From assembly GCF_006345805.1 (NCBI RefSeq), contig NC_043014.1:18972001-19036000 (forward strand): DNA of 64,000 bases, read 5' to 3'. Below the pieces are notes generated by a model. The model saw nothing but the letters and a program-made list of their open reading frames with translations, searched no databases and was not told the origin of the DNA. Origin of the DNA: Octopus sinensis (lineage: Eukaryota). This document shows positions 39,685 through 53,244 of this stretch, piece by piece. Positions within the stretch are counted from its first letter, which is position 1. Every line of letters starts with the position of its first letter. The translations under genes were made by a program, and so were the position numbers.

Positions 39685-40240
39685 AACTGCCCTGATGCAG
39701 TACGAGGCAGTGCCTCACATGGCTTCTGATCATAACTGATTGGAAGTGTTATCATGTACATTGCTTTGTCTTGGTATAAAAGATTGGCTAAAGCAAATAT
39801 TCTGCTCACTACCACAGATTAACTTGTCAGTTGTTTGACCTTAACCAGTACAGCATGTCCCTTGGTGGCTGACGATATGTGCATCTCTGATCACATGCAG
39901 AAGTAGTGAGGGAACTCATAGACATGTGTTTAGAGGGATTCTTTGGGGATTGGATAATTCACATTTGGAACCATGGGTGTGTCGTTCAACATCCTTAAAC
40001 AACCCTTATTCATGGACCTTTTGAGTGGGATGGGATACTCGAAAAAATTCTAACTGGGCCCCACCTGCAACTTCATGCGATGTTTATCTTGATATGAGAT
40101 AACAATGTCACGTACATATGGTTGTGATGCATGTGCCTGATGTACTCTTATCAGAAGTGTAGTTATAATAGGTATACTAAGCTTCGTATATTTTACTCCA
40201 GTGTCACTTCGATGGTATGCACTGCTCACTCACTCAATAA
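39685..40240 (+). mobile_element. Unclassified TAA-associated repeat, probably a LINE 3' UTR
   Basis: Complex block starting after (TAA)n and ending ctcactcaataacaataat; no coding similarity recognised. Confidence 0.35.
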
Positions 40241-40272
40241 CAATAATTCTTTCTACTGTAGGCAAAAGACAC

Positions 40273-40330
<58 letters not shown>

Positions 40331-40555
40331 TATTATTATTATTATTATCATTATTATTTATTATTATTATTATTATCATTATTATTATTATTATTATTAT
40401 TATTCCTTTGCAAATACCGATAGGGCACAGAAAGTGTGTTAAAAGCCAGCTGGAGAAGATGTTCTCCTGGGGCTACAAGCTACAGTAACATCCACCCTTA
40501 GTGGTTAGCCATATTTAGATGGCAAATATACTTCACTTTATTATTATTGTTGTTG

Positions 40556-40644
<89 letters not shown>

Positions 40645-40645
<1 letters not shown>

Positions 40646-41290
40646 GAAAACACATCTTATTTTGCTGGGTGTGATGGGAAGGGTCAGCTGTCCACAGCCA
40701 GCAGACTAAGGTAACACTTGTTTACTGGTCTTGCTTCAAGAACCTTGTGAAGAATTCTTGCAGTGCCAAGCAATGCTGATCTTTGTAGGTGTTCTATCTT
40801 CACACTTGCACCAATATTTTTCTGCCATTGTTGTGTTTGAGAGCTGATACTTCTAAGTGCACCAATTACTATTGATATCACGTCTACTCTCTCTTTCATC
40901 ACAACCTTCGTGTTTCCTACTTCAAATCGTCATAGCTGTTTATTTGTTCTTCTTTCACAATGAGCATGTTGTCACCGCAGCATGCTATGTCGATTATCAT
41001 ACATGTTCTTCCATTTTTATTCACCGCAACGAAGTCCAGTTTCCGATGTCTGGTCTGGTGATCGCACTGGATCATTGTTTCCTACAAGATTTTGCAATTC
41101 TCATTTTCGGTGACTCATTCTAGAGTTTGCTCATACAACATTTTTGCTGTTTGAAGGCCGTGTTTTCCACAGAGCTCCCAATGGATCATTCTTGCCACAT
41201 TGTCATGGCGTCTTTTGTGTTCGCGTTGTGCCATTTTCGAGCACTCGCTAACGATGTGCCATGGCGTTTCACCCCTTTCATCACATACTT
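40645..41290 (-). mobile_element. R4/Dong-type LINE 3' fragment with partial zinc knuckle and restriction-like endonuclease (pseudogene)
   Basis: Minus strand CDERGETPWHIVSECSKMAQREHKRRHDNVARMIHWELC...HRKLDFVAVNK...IIDIAC...VIGALRSIS...LQRSALLGTARILHKVLE with several stops; 3' end joins (TAA)n. Confidence 0.9.
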
Positions 41291-41708
41291 ACCGTGGGCT
41301 CCTAAACTGAATTGTTCGCGCACATATACACGCACGTGCGCATGCTCGTTCACAGACATACACACAAACACACAGAAACAAAACGACATATATGTGTGTA
41401 CGTGCGATATATGTTTTGATGTGTGTATGTATGCGCACATGTCTGTGTGTTCATGAAACTGTTGCTGCATTTGTCTAATACAATGCGTTTGGTTATTTTT
41501 TCATTTTTCCACTTTTAAATGCATCACATCGTACTCTCTAATAATTCTATGAGTTTAAGACGCGCTGAGGTTAAAAGGAAATATTAAAGTGTGCTAAGGA
41601 ATCAATAACCTGGAAAATTACAAGAACTGCCGCAAACCGCGAAGTTTGTAATATTAGAAGAGTGCGAAGAAAGAAGACAAATAAATAGAAAAGTAAAAGA
41701 ATAAAAAT

Positions 41709-41865
41709 AGGAGTGGCTGTGTGGAAAGTAGCTTGCTTCCCAACCACATGGTTCCGGGTTCAGTCCCACTGTGTCACCTTGGGCAAGGGTCTTCTGCTAT
41801 AACCTCGGGCCGACCAAAGAATTATGAGTGGATTTGGTAGACGGAAACTGAAAGAAGCCTGTCGC

Positions 41866-41921
<56 letters not shown>

Positions 41922-42150
41922 GTGTGAACGTGTGTGTGCGTGTGTGTGTGTTAGTGTTTGTTCCCACACCCCATTGTTTGACAACCGTAATTGGTGTGTT
42001 TACGTCCCGTAATGTAGCGGTACGGCAAAAGACGCCGATAGAATAAGTACTAGGCTTACAAATAATTAGTTCTGGGATCGAATTGTTTGATTAAAGGCGT
42101 GATCCAGCATGGCCGCAGTCAAATGACCGAAACTCATAAAAGAATATAAA
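41709..42150 (+). mobile_element. SINE family B, full length
   Basis: ggagtggctgtgtgg...ggttcagtcccactg...(TG)n...ccagcatggccgcagtc. Confidence 0.9.
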
Positions 42151-43423
42151 CAACAAGAGAGTGAAATTTAATTGCGTAACAAAAATATATGTTTAAAAGA
42201 TGGTATTTATTTTTGTTTTTAGCTCTGTGTCGAGGGGATTTAAATGTCAAACCTGGGAATGAATCGTATGAAATGTCATACGATACTTAGGTACAAATCT
42301 TTACTTTCGAAATCAAATATCCGCCATTATGACCCTTCTGTCTAAAACTTCCCTGGTGTAAAAGTAATGTATTTGGAGTACTAATCGACATTTTATGGCC
42401 TTCAGCCTACCTAAGATTTCATTATTAGTTATATTAAGTGCTTGGATAATCAGTAACAGAAGATCGCTACATAAAAGAGCTCGCGAAGTATAGCAGTGTA
42501 ATTTGAGTTTGTGAGTCCTCTAATTTGCATTTCATCTTAAACCGAATAATTAATAATCAGGTACTAGGATTTGATTTAATTTATTTATGCTGTTACCGTT
42601 CAGTCCGTAAACCTGTGTGAGGAGAAAATGTTAGAATGCATTGTTAGAATGCATTAGAATACATTGTGAGGGCGATGAGGTAGCAGGAACTGTGGTGTGC
42701 CAAATAAAGTTCTTTGGATGAATTTGTTTCATTTTCTTCCGTTTCAAATTTGATTCATCCAAAGTCGATTTAAATGACAATAACCCTCACCTCTGAAAAA
42801 GCGGGCACGAGTCTATTTTTATTCATAAATGACAATTAGATGTGATAATTTATCGTAAATAGGAAGATTACATTGATTTCTGCCAGATACCTGACAATTG
42901 AAAGACGAGGCATTGTATTGATGTAACTCAGATGTTATATCTTCATATTCACTCTGACTCCTGTCATGATTCTGGGGTTTATTTCATGCTGTTTCCGTTC
43001 AAATACTTGTAGCTAGACGACATTAGATTCTAACTCATAACTGTAGAGTATTAATTACATTCGATACTATTGCGGAATGATTTACCTATCTTCACCTTCC
43101 AGGTCAAGAATCTACAGGTAAAATATCGATTTTTTAAATCCCAGAGAATTTAGAAGGCAATAACGAGAGAGAAAGAGAAAGATCTGGCAATGCAATAACA
43201 TTTGTTGATTTACTTTCAGCAGCGTCTTTAAATGCTGTTTAACCTGGTAAGATAATATTAGGCTAAAGTCTACGGCTTCTATGAATGTTTATATTTTGCC
43301 GGAACAGGAAAAATTATTATACATGTGAGGTGTTGGGGGACAGGCTTAAACGATCCGTATAAAACAAAACGCCAAATTCATCTGAAAAAAAATACGAGAG
43401 AGAATACAAAGTATGGTGTGAGT

Positions 43424-43461
<38 letters not shown>

Positions 43462-43650
43462 ACATTTATATAAATAATTGTTGAGTGACACGCTTGTGAA
43501 ATGTCGAAAATTTGAAAAGTTTTCAAGGTTTGTTGTATGCAAAAGTTAATTTGCAGTTCCAAGGCAAAGTAACATAAAAGTATGAGGATGTACGGCAGAA
43601 TATCGTTCCAACAGAAGAAATGAAGCAACACGTCTAAGACTTGATATATA

Positions 43651-43712
<62 letters not shown>

Positions 43713-43959
43713 TATCAGAAAATAAGAAGCTATAGAGCACCTTCTAATTAGTTCTGCCTGTCAGAAATAGACAAATTTGAGGAGATGGTTATCACACACA
43801 GCACATTTCGTACTTCAGAGATATTTATTATATCGGTTAAAAGGAAAATGCAAAGAACAGATTTGAAATTAGAATCTTGAATTCTGCGATCAAACACCGC
43901 AACCTCCATCCACACCATTACCGTTGACTTCCCAATTATAATAATTATTTTTCCTGACA

Positions 43960-44135
43960 CAGGCATAGAGACAGAATTTGAATTCAGAAAGGTTCATCGA
44001 TGATTAACTGAACTCACAGGGATGAAAAGCAAAGTCGACTATGCTGGAATTTGAATTCACATCTTAAAACCGAAAGAAATGCTACTAAGCATTTTCTCCG
44101 GTGCGATAACAATTCTGCTAACTCACCACCGTAAT
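43960..44135 (-). mobile_element. SINE family A, degraded
   Basis: gatgaaaagcaaagtcgac...gaaatgctactaagcatttt...ttctgctaactcaccacc. Confidence 0.7.
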
Positions 44136-44138
44136 ATC

Positions 44139-44186
<48 letters not shown>

Positions 44187-44187
<1 letters not shown>

Positions 44188-44435
44188 CGATAAGAAAGAA
44201 AGGAAATTCGATAGATATGACTAGTTAGCGTGGGAGGTTAAGCAGTTGTAGCCGCTGAAAAAGGTGGCGGTAGTACCAATAATTGTCGGAGTCTTGGGAA
44301 CAGTGAGTAAAACATCTTGAGAAGTACATGGAACAAATAGGGGCTGCAATAATTGTGGAGCAGTCGCAGAAAACAGCACTGCTTGGAACCGCTCGAATAA
44401 TCCAGATTGTGCTCGAAAAATAAGGAGTGTCGGCA
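44187..44435 (+). mobile_element. R4/Dong-type 3' fragment
   Basis: DRYD*LAWEVKQL*PLKKVAVVPIIVGVLGTVSK/LEKYMEQIG...QKTALLGTARIIQIVLEK*; follows (TAA)n. Confidence 0.8.
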
Positions 44436-44439
44436 TTAG

Positions 44440-44612
44440 GGAGCAGTTTAGGGCGAAGGGGTCAAGTCGATTAAACCGACCCCAGTGTTTCACTGGTACT
44501 TATTTTATCGACCTCGAAAGGATGAAAGACTATGTCAACCTCGACGGGATTTGAAATCAGAACGTAAAGATGCTACGCATTTTGCCCGGCGTGCTCACGA
44601 TTCGGCCATCTC
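44440..44612 (-). mobile_element. SINE family A
   Basis: ctggtacttattttatcgacctcgaaaggatgaaag...gcattttgcccggcgtgct. Confidence 0.8.
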
Positions 44613-44759
44613 ACTGTCTCACTACTACTACTACTACTACTACTACTATACTACTACTACTACTACTACTACAACTACTACTACTACTACCACCACCACC
44701 ACCACCACCACCACCACCACCACCACCACCACCATCACTACCACCACCGCTAATAATAA

Positions 44760-45070
44760 TAGCAAAAGGGGATGATTGCTTCTTAGCTCAGCTACCAGAA
44801 AATCCAGAAATAGCATAAATTTAAAAAATAGTGCTCATGGGAACTGCTGATGTCCTACGTAAAATACTGTCTATGAAATCTCAAATTTTAAAACAAACTT
44901 ACAATTTTCTTGTTTTCTTAAAAATTCTCTAGAACAATACTATGTGCAAAACCAACTATATGACACCCTAGGCATAACACCAACATGAAATTCTAACTTA
45001 TTGTCTCTTGAAGTCTCTGGTTGAGACTTGGGTACAACTTATAGAAATGCAAAGCAAAAGTCAAACATAT
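44760..45070 (+). mobile_element. R4/Dong-type 3' fragment, same subfamily as 38899-39205
   Basis: atagtgctcatgggaactgct...cctacgtaaaatact and the gcaaaagtcaaacatat end are shared. Confidence 0.8.
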
Positions 45071-45077
45071 AATAATA

Positions 45078-45137
<60 letters not shown>

Positions 45138-45176
45138 TAGTAATAGTAATAGTAATAGTAATAATAATAATAAATA

Positions 45177-45211
<35 letters not shown>

Positions 45212-45294
45212 AATAATGATAATATTAATGATAATAATAATAATAATAATAATATAATAATATGATAATAATAGTAATAGTAATAGTAATAGTA

Positions 45295-45330
<36 letters not shown>

Positions 45331-45349
45331 TAATAATAATGATAATGAC

Positions 45350-45380
<31 letters not shown>

Positions 45381-45405
45381 TAATAATAATAATAATAATA
45401 ATGAC

Positions 45406-45440
<35 letters not shown>

Positions 45441-45553
45441 TATTAATAATAATAATATAATAATAATAATAATAACAATAACAATAACAATAATAATAAT
45501 AATAATATAATAATTATAATAATAATATGATAATAATAGTAATAGTAATAGTA

Positions 45554-45596
<43 letters not shown>

Positions 45597-45615
45597 TAAT
45601 AATAATGATAATGAC

Positions 45616-45646
<31 letters not shown>

Positions 45647-45672
45647 TTAATAATAATAATAATAATAATGAC

Positions 45673-45707
<35 letters not shown>

Positions 45708-45708
45708 T

Positions 45709-45743
<35 letters not shown>

Positions 45744-45835
45744 TAACAATAACAATAATAATAATAATAATAATAATAATTATAATAATAATAATGATGA
45801 TGATGATAATAATTACAACAAGAATGACAATAATA
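45068..45835. repeat. Long compound (TAA)n array with higher-order TGA/TAG/CAA variant blocks
   Basis: Direct reading. Confidence 0.95.
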
Positions 45836-46357
45836 TGGTGATGTTATGTTGTAAAATGTGTTCGGCTGCTTATTGGCTGTATAAAGCATATGGAAAACTC
45901 ATACGCATATGGGTTGAGTTGTTTTAGCGGAAGACTAATAATGAACCTATCAGATGTGATTTATGTTACAAGAGGCCAGAGAAAGGCAAACAGATTGTAA
46001 TGTACGAGGAATAGAGTAACAAAAGGAAAAAGAAAAACATGTCCTATATAGTTGTCTCATATAATAACAGATATAATGTGAGAGATCAGATATTGAATAT
46101 ACTAAAGCACACAGGAAAGGTAGATGGAGAAAGAGAAACGAGATACTGGGATGGAAAGAAGGAGCGAGTGAGAGGTGAGAGAAAGAGAGAGATAGAAGGA
46201 TAAAGAGAGAAGAGTGTGTGTCTGAGAGACAGTGACAGATAAATAGATAGATAAGAATATAAGCAGAAGTAGATATGTATATTGCATAGCTATAAAAATA
46301 TATATGTATGTATATTTATATATATATTATGTATATATGTCTGTATATATAAATGTA

Positions 46358-46391
<34 letters not shown>

Positions 46392-46521
46392 CTCACATAT
46401 ATTTATATATATACTCACATATATTTATATATATATATATTATATATATATATACATACATTTATGTATATAAATATATATATGCATATGTATGTATATA
46501 TGTTTATATATCTATATCTAT

Positions 46522-46561
<40 letters not shown>

Positions 46562-46638
46562 ATCTATATATATATATATATATACATACATTTATGTATA
46601 TAAATATATATATGCATATGTATGTATATATGTTTATA

Positions 46639-46675
<37 letters not shown>

Positions 46676-46680
46676 CTCTA

Positions 46681-46745
<65 letters not shown>

Positions 46746-46934
46746 CTATACATACACATACATAAATGTACAACAATATTAGCTCATGCATTTATATTAT
46801 ACATTTGAAAGTTGTCCTGAAAGTGATGCGAAATTGGGTATACTTTGTGTGTGTGGGTCTTTGTGAGTTTTTGTATGTATTCATATCTGTACATGTGTAT
46901 ATCTTAATATCTATCTACTTATCTGTGTATTTGC

Positions 46935-47290
46935 GTGTGTATGTCATTCGTATTTTCTTCTCGTTCTGCTCTAACGACTCTTCATGTTTGTTTTCCTTCG
47001 ATTTCCTTGTATATCAACACTGTCCTGCTTTTGTTCTCCATTTTGACCCTCAATAAAATCCAAAATTATATTTTGGAGTTTATGGGAGCAACTGTCCTCG
47101 AAGACTCATGTTGTCTTTGAATGCTCGAAATGAGGAGTTGGTAGACAGCCGACGACTGATGAAGGATCGTCCTCCGAGTTACTGTCCTGTTTTCGCTTTT
47201 TTCTCTCGCTGTTTGTGTATTGGACTCATTTGTTTTCGTACTTCATGTTGTTTACACAGCTCGTGACGTCCTGTACAAATATATGCATAT
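46935..47290 (+). mobile_element. Penelope pLTR-like repeat with atypical hammerhead-like motifs
   Basis: tcc-TCGAAGA-...-GAAA-tga-gga (47095-47136), then CTGATGA-agga-tcg-tcct (47156-47173) with no GAAA; pyrimidine-rich tail ending at TA repeats. Confidence 0.4.
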
Positions 47291-47320
47291 ATATGAGTGT
47301 GCATATATATATATATATAT

Positions 47321-47358
<38 letters not shown>

Positions 47359-49151
47359 TGGCTTAGATAGATATATACCGACATATGTTTACGAGATACA
47401 TATATGTGTCTATGTATATATACATGCGTATATATTCTACATATGCATAATATATACGTATAATATATGTACAAAGATGCACACACCCACGTAGTACATA
47501 CATGCATACATACACAACCACACACACACACGCACCACACAAACGTGTGTATGTGCGTGTTGTCTGTGTGTGTGTTTACCTGCATATGTGTACAAGTGTG
47601 TGTTTGCGTATTTGTCTGGTCTGATTTTTGTGGTCCGTATCTTCATATCCTATCATGCTTGTAGAACGAGTGACACCGTCTTCCATGACAATATGCTTAT
47701 ATTACACTGCTTGGAAACGGATGAATATTATTAGCAAGAAGACCATCTTGCATAAAATCTGTCTGAAAGAATTTCGCCTGACTCATGAAAATATCACCTA
47801 TTAAAACGACCTCTATGTTAAAAGCAGGTTACGCAAAATTTATTCCATCTTCTTTATAATATGTAAATTATTTCTGCTATTAAAATTTCTCTTCAAAGAA
47901 ATGCAGAAAATCTTTAAGAATCCATTTTATATATCCTCTAGAACAGAAAGAATAACAAAATAAATTAAAAATGGAAACAAAAATCAACCAATAAAAAACA
48001 AAGTGTATATTAATGAGCGAATAAGTGTGGAGGTAAAGACATATAAAATATTGTTTTAAGATGTAAACTATACAAAGTGGTAGAATTAAATTGATGAAGA
48101 ATTCAATTGTGAATAAGAGTATTATGCGAAAGTTGTTACTTTATATAATGTAGAATTTAAATTTAGCCTCATAAGTCAAGTGAAATAAGGAATAATCATT
48201 ATTGTCTTACACATCATAATAGAAAATAAAACAGAGAAAGAAATATCGAACCAGCGATAAAATAAATGAATAAATATCAAGCTAGCGATGAAAAGATTTA
48301 AGAAGCACATACAGGTATATTTATATGGCATGACTAATAAACTGAGAAACAACAAATTTGAAAAGTATACAAACGCAAACAGCTATAAAAATGCAAAACT
48401 ATATCAGTAAGAATATAAGTATAATAATAAGGTTGTGCAAATCAGGAAGCATAATTGTCGCGGCAGAGGAAATGTTTAAATTTTTTAGAGAGGTCTCAAA
48501 AAGAAGGAGGCGGAAAGTCTACATTCTTTCGCGATGTTTGTCGGGTGTTGATTGTGGCAGTTGCTTGGAAGGTGTTAGGGGATGCGAACAAGAAACTGAT
48601 GCTGCTTCGTTTCCTCATTCACTAAACAAATCTCAGTCATCAGCTGAACGCGACATCAATGTTGCCCCCTTTTGCCTTGTCAAAGACCCTCAAGTCACGT
48701 GGTTACCGTAGATGTGATTACATGGTAATTCTTAGTGGAAGAGTAGGAAGCAAATGAATAAAGTGCAGGACGGTGGACGGTGGTGGATGGGTTCAGGTGT
48801 TGTGCATGGATAGCTGTTATGAGATAAATTCAAGCCTTGAATGTTGTTGGAGGCGAAGTTACTCCAGTTTAGCGAACGGAGTTAGTAACATTAGAGGAGT
48901 TATTTAGTATAGCAACCCGATGTAGTAGCGACTAGCGAAAGAGTAATACGGCGTAGGCCAATGGCCGAAACATGCATCACTTCTGGTGCACTCAGGAACG
49001 ACACTCCAGTGTTGGTAGCGAAGGATCTCGCTGATGGCGCTTTATTTATAGAAGCTAAATGGAGAAGTAAACAAACACACATACATGCACGCAAGCAAGC
49101 ACGAATGCACATGAACACATACATGAACACGCATATAAGGAAGAATAAACG

Positions 49152-49238
<87 letters not shown>

Positions 49239-49379
49239 TTAACGTATGTATATACACTAACGTACATGGATACGCACACACTGAAGTATATTAAACAAGT
49301 TGTAAGAAAAGACTACATAAAGATCTTACATGTATGCATATGTGCGTGTAAGTGTGTGTGTTTGTAAAAGCATACATAC

Positions 49380-49420
<41 letters not shown>

Positions 49421-50424
49421 TATATATATATATGCGTATGTATATAGAAATTGACATAGACAAATGTTTTAATAAATCAATAGATAGATAGGTAGATAGA
49501 TACATGCATGTATACTTACGTACATACATACATACAAACATACATAGATAGAGAATAAGTGCGAGAGGGAGAGGTAGACAGATGGTATTCGTATGATATA
49601 ATCATATTTTAGGTTGCTCATCATATCTATAATGACATCTTGAAATACGTTAATAAGGCAACAGCTATCTCTGCTGATTGTAAATTGGAGGAGACGGGAG
49701 GGATAGAAAAACTTGTAGCAATATAAATAGATTGATGGATAGATAGATACATGGCAGAAGAAATGGAGAGATCGATGTAAAGATCCATTGACTGATCGTG
49801 TTGAAAGGAGGAGAAGGGTAAGAAGGAAAAAAAAATAGAGAAAGTTTGGAGGGAAATTAATTGTGATATAGTATGATGTAATCTTATTTTAGTCCGAAGT
49901 AGTTCACATCTTATGAAGACATCTCGAAATCTTAAAAATAACAAAAGTGCTTGTACATTAATAGATTTAGAAGATAATAGAAATACACTATATATATATA
50001 TATATTTTCAACATACATACGCATATATATATGTGTGTGTGTGCGTGTGTGTGTATGCATATACAAATGTATTATATAAGATTGTTGAATAGACAGAAAG
50101 GGACGTTGTGGGTAAGGGAGTGGAAAAATAAGATGGAGGGAGATAGAGAGGGAGATACAGATGCATCGTGATATTTTTGATACAAATGCAATCATAATTT
50201 CTTATGCACACCATATCTACAAATGTGAGACAACCAATAATATCATTATTGATATCTATCATAAGTTCTGTCGGAAGCAAATATTCGATTAAATGCTTCC
50301 GAAGAGAGGATGTTTATAATCACTTTCACCAACCACATCCCGGATAATGCTTAGACGAGTCAAACCGAGCGGATAAAGTAGAACATTAGCTTCTCAGAGG
50401 TCTACATATAATGTTAAATTTGTT

Positions 50425-50945
50425 GATTGGTACTTAATTTATCGACCTTGGAAGGATAAAAGGCAAAGTCGACCTCGGCGTGTTTTGAACTGGGAGCAGA
50501 AAATGCTGTAACTTAATACTGCAAGCATTTTGTCAGACACAGTAGCCATTCTACGACACTAATATAATAATGGGCCAGCAGTTTTTAAGGAGACGAGCAA
50601 GACGATTGCATTCGCCCCTGTATTTGACTGATACTTATTTTATCGACCAAGAATGAATAGCAAATTCGACATCGCTGTGCTTTGAACTCGAAACTTAAAA
50701 GTTGCTGCAACATAATACTGCATGCATTTGATTGGATACGGTAACGATTCTAAAACTGATTTCTAACTTAAGAAAAAAGTTCCAAATTCGGAGCGATGAG
50801 TTACTCGAATAAACACACTCTAGTTTTTAATTATTACTTTTCAAAAGATGAAAGATACATGTGGCATCACTAGGATTTGAACTCAGTGAGTAATGAGCTA
50901 GAACAAACACTGCCGGACATTTTCTCTGTCTCATTAACGATTCAG
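50425..50945 (-). mobile_element. Cluster of successive degraded family A-like SINE copies
   Basis: tactta..ttatcgacc...aggcaaagtcgacctcggcg..tttgaact recurs at about 50432, 50632 and, more decayed, 50835. Confidence 0.6.
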
Positions 50946-51892
50946 TTATTCTCCAGTAGACGGGTAAAACAAATATAAGCATTCGATTATAATGACATCA
51001 GTATATGACTTGTGTTTATGCTGTTATCTTAAGAGAGGATAAGTTCACATTGAAGGGATTAAAGCTCAAACTGTAAAGACACGCAATATATACAGTCAAA
51101 GAATTTTGTCTACCACTTTAATAATAGTGCAAAATCACCACGAGAATCAATGGGGCCACATGCAAGACATAATTAGCTTAATCGATTCCACCGGCTCTGA
51201 AATGGACACGAGACTACATGTTTTGAGTGAAAGAATCACTAAGAACCAGTAAGAAACATTAATTTTATTATCAATCTTCAACGTCAACATCTTGAAGAGA
51301 TGCTGGGATGGAATTTTGAAACCGAGACTGATAGAGAACCTGGGATGAATTTGAATTCATGAGTAGTCAACCAAGATAAGATATTCGACTTGTTGAATAA
51401 AATTATGAGAATATATACAACAAAACATTTTGTAAATTTTCCTGTCAACTGTGCCCTACACTGCTCTATGCCAAGGTGAGGTCGTCCCCGGAAGAATTTC
51501 AACTTAAAACGTAATGAAGTAAAGCTAAATAAATCATACGTATTACCTCTGACAGTTTACCAATTCCATCATCCATCGACTTCATTAACAATTATAGCAA
51601 CAACAGCAGCAAGACTAAGTGCAATAATGGCCTCGTGACAGTATGATATATTTGGTGTTATATTTCACAAAAATAGATCTGACAGCTATATAACACCTGA
51701 GTTAAACTATTATTGTAAGCAGAAGTTTTAAGCAGAATTTCATTACGACATTATTTTTCTTATGGAAACATTTTCCTAACATGCGGTTTTATATTTATAT
51801 GCAATTTTTCTTCTTAGACGAAGAAGTAAATAGAATAACAGATAGCAGGTTCGCTTCAGGGTTGAGGCGTCCTGGTATTAACATTTTACAAT

Positions 51893-52095
51893 AAGGCGAC
51901 GTGCTGGCAGAATTGTTAGCACGTTGGGCACAATGCTTAGCGGCCTTTCGTCCGTCTTTATATTCTGAGTTCAAATTCCGCTGGGGTCGACTTAGCCTTT
52001 CGCCCTTTCAGGGTTAATGAAATAGGTACGGTTGAACACTGGGGTGGATAAAATCTAGTCACACACTTCCGCGAAGTTGCTGGCCTTGCGCATAT
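51893..52095 (+). mobile_element. SINE family A, near full length
   Basis: aaggcgacgtgctggcagaattgttagcac...gagttcaaattccgctggggtcgacttagcctttc. Confidence 0.85.
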
Positions 52096-52110
52096 TACAC
52101 TATTTGTTGG

Positions 52111-52210
52111 TTTCTTCTTCTTCTTCTTCTTCTTCTTCTTCTTCTTCTTCTTCTTCTTCTTCTTCTTCTTCTTCTTCTTCTTCTTCTTCTTCTTCTTCTT
52201 CTTCTTCTTC
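52111..52210. repeat. (TTC)n microsatellite
   Basis: Direct reading; source of the poly-K ORF. Confidence 0.95.
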
Positions 52211-52505
52211 CCCCTCCTTCTTCTCCAGACTGTTAGGCATATACAGATAGATAGAGATACTGACACCAACATATATACGTACGTACGTACATGTATTACT
52301 GGGTGGATTTTAGAACGAAACGGATGTGTGTGTGGGTCTGACAAGTCTGAACAGCATTGACAAGCGAAATTCTGGGTTGCTTCAAGGACTATTTTGTTAA
52401 ATATAATTCTGAGGTACATTGTTATTGAAACAATACGACCGTGAAGAACTCTATTTTCAGACGAGCACTGCAAAAACATCTTGATATGTTTAATAATAAT
52501 ATCCT

Positions 52506-52607
<102 letters not shown>

Positions 52608-52691
52608 ATGTATGTGTGTGTGTGTGTGTGTGTGTATGTGTGTGTGTGTGTGTGTGTGTATACCAATGAGCTTTTATACGATATATACGCC

Positions 52692-52940
<249 letters not shown>

Positions 52941-52970
52941 ATAAATGTTAATGGTCAATACACATATTGT

Positions 52971-53244
52971 AGGCGCAGGAGTGGCCGCGTGGTTAGTAGC
53001 TTGCTTACCAACCACATGCTTCCGGGTTCAGTCCCACTGCGTGGCACCTTGGGCAAGTGTCTTCTACTATAACCTCGGGCTTACCAAAGCCTTGTGAGTG
53101 GATTTGGTAGACGGACACAGAAAGAAGCCCGTCGTATATATATATATATATAAGACACTTGCCCAAGATGCCACGCAGTGGAGCTGAACCCGGAACCATG
53201 TGGTTGGTAAGCAAGCTACTTACCACACAGCCACTTCTGCGCCT
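52971..53244. mobile_element. SINE family B 5' half (+) followed by an inverted family B head (-)
   Basis: 52971-53135 forward; 53153-53244 is the reverse complement of the first roughly 90 nt, with few mismatches. Confidence 0.9.

Noticed and set aside
48440-49030. GC-richer block, possibly a decayed LINE endonuclease region; also CTGATGA...GAAAC on the minus strand
   Set aside because: No readable catalytic motif, and the hammerhead-like match lacks the NUH triplet and a stable stem II.
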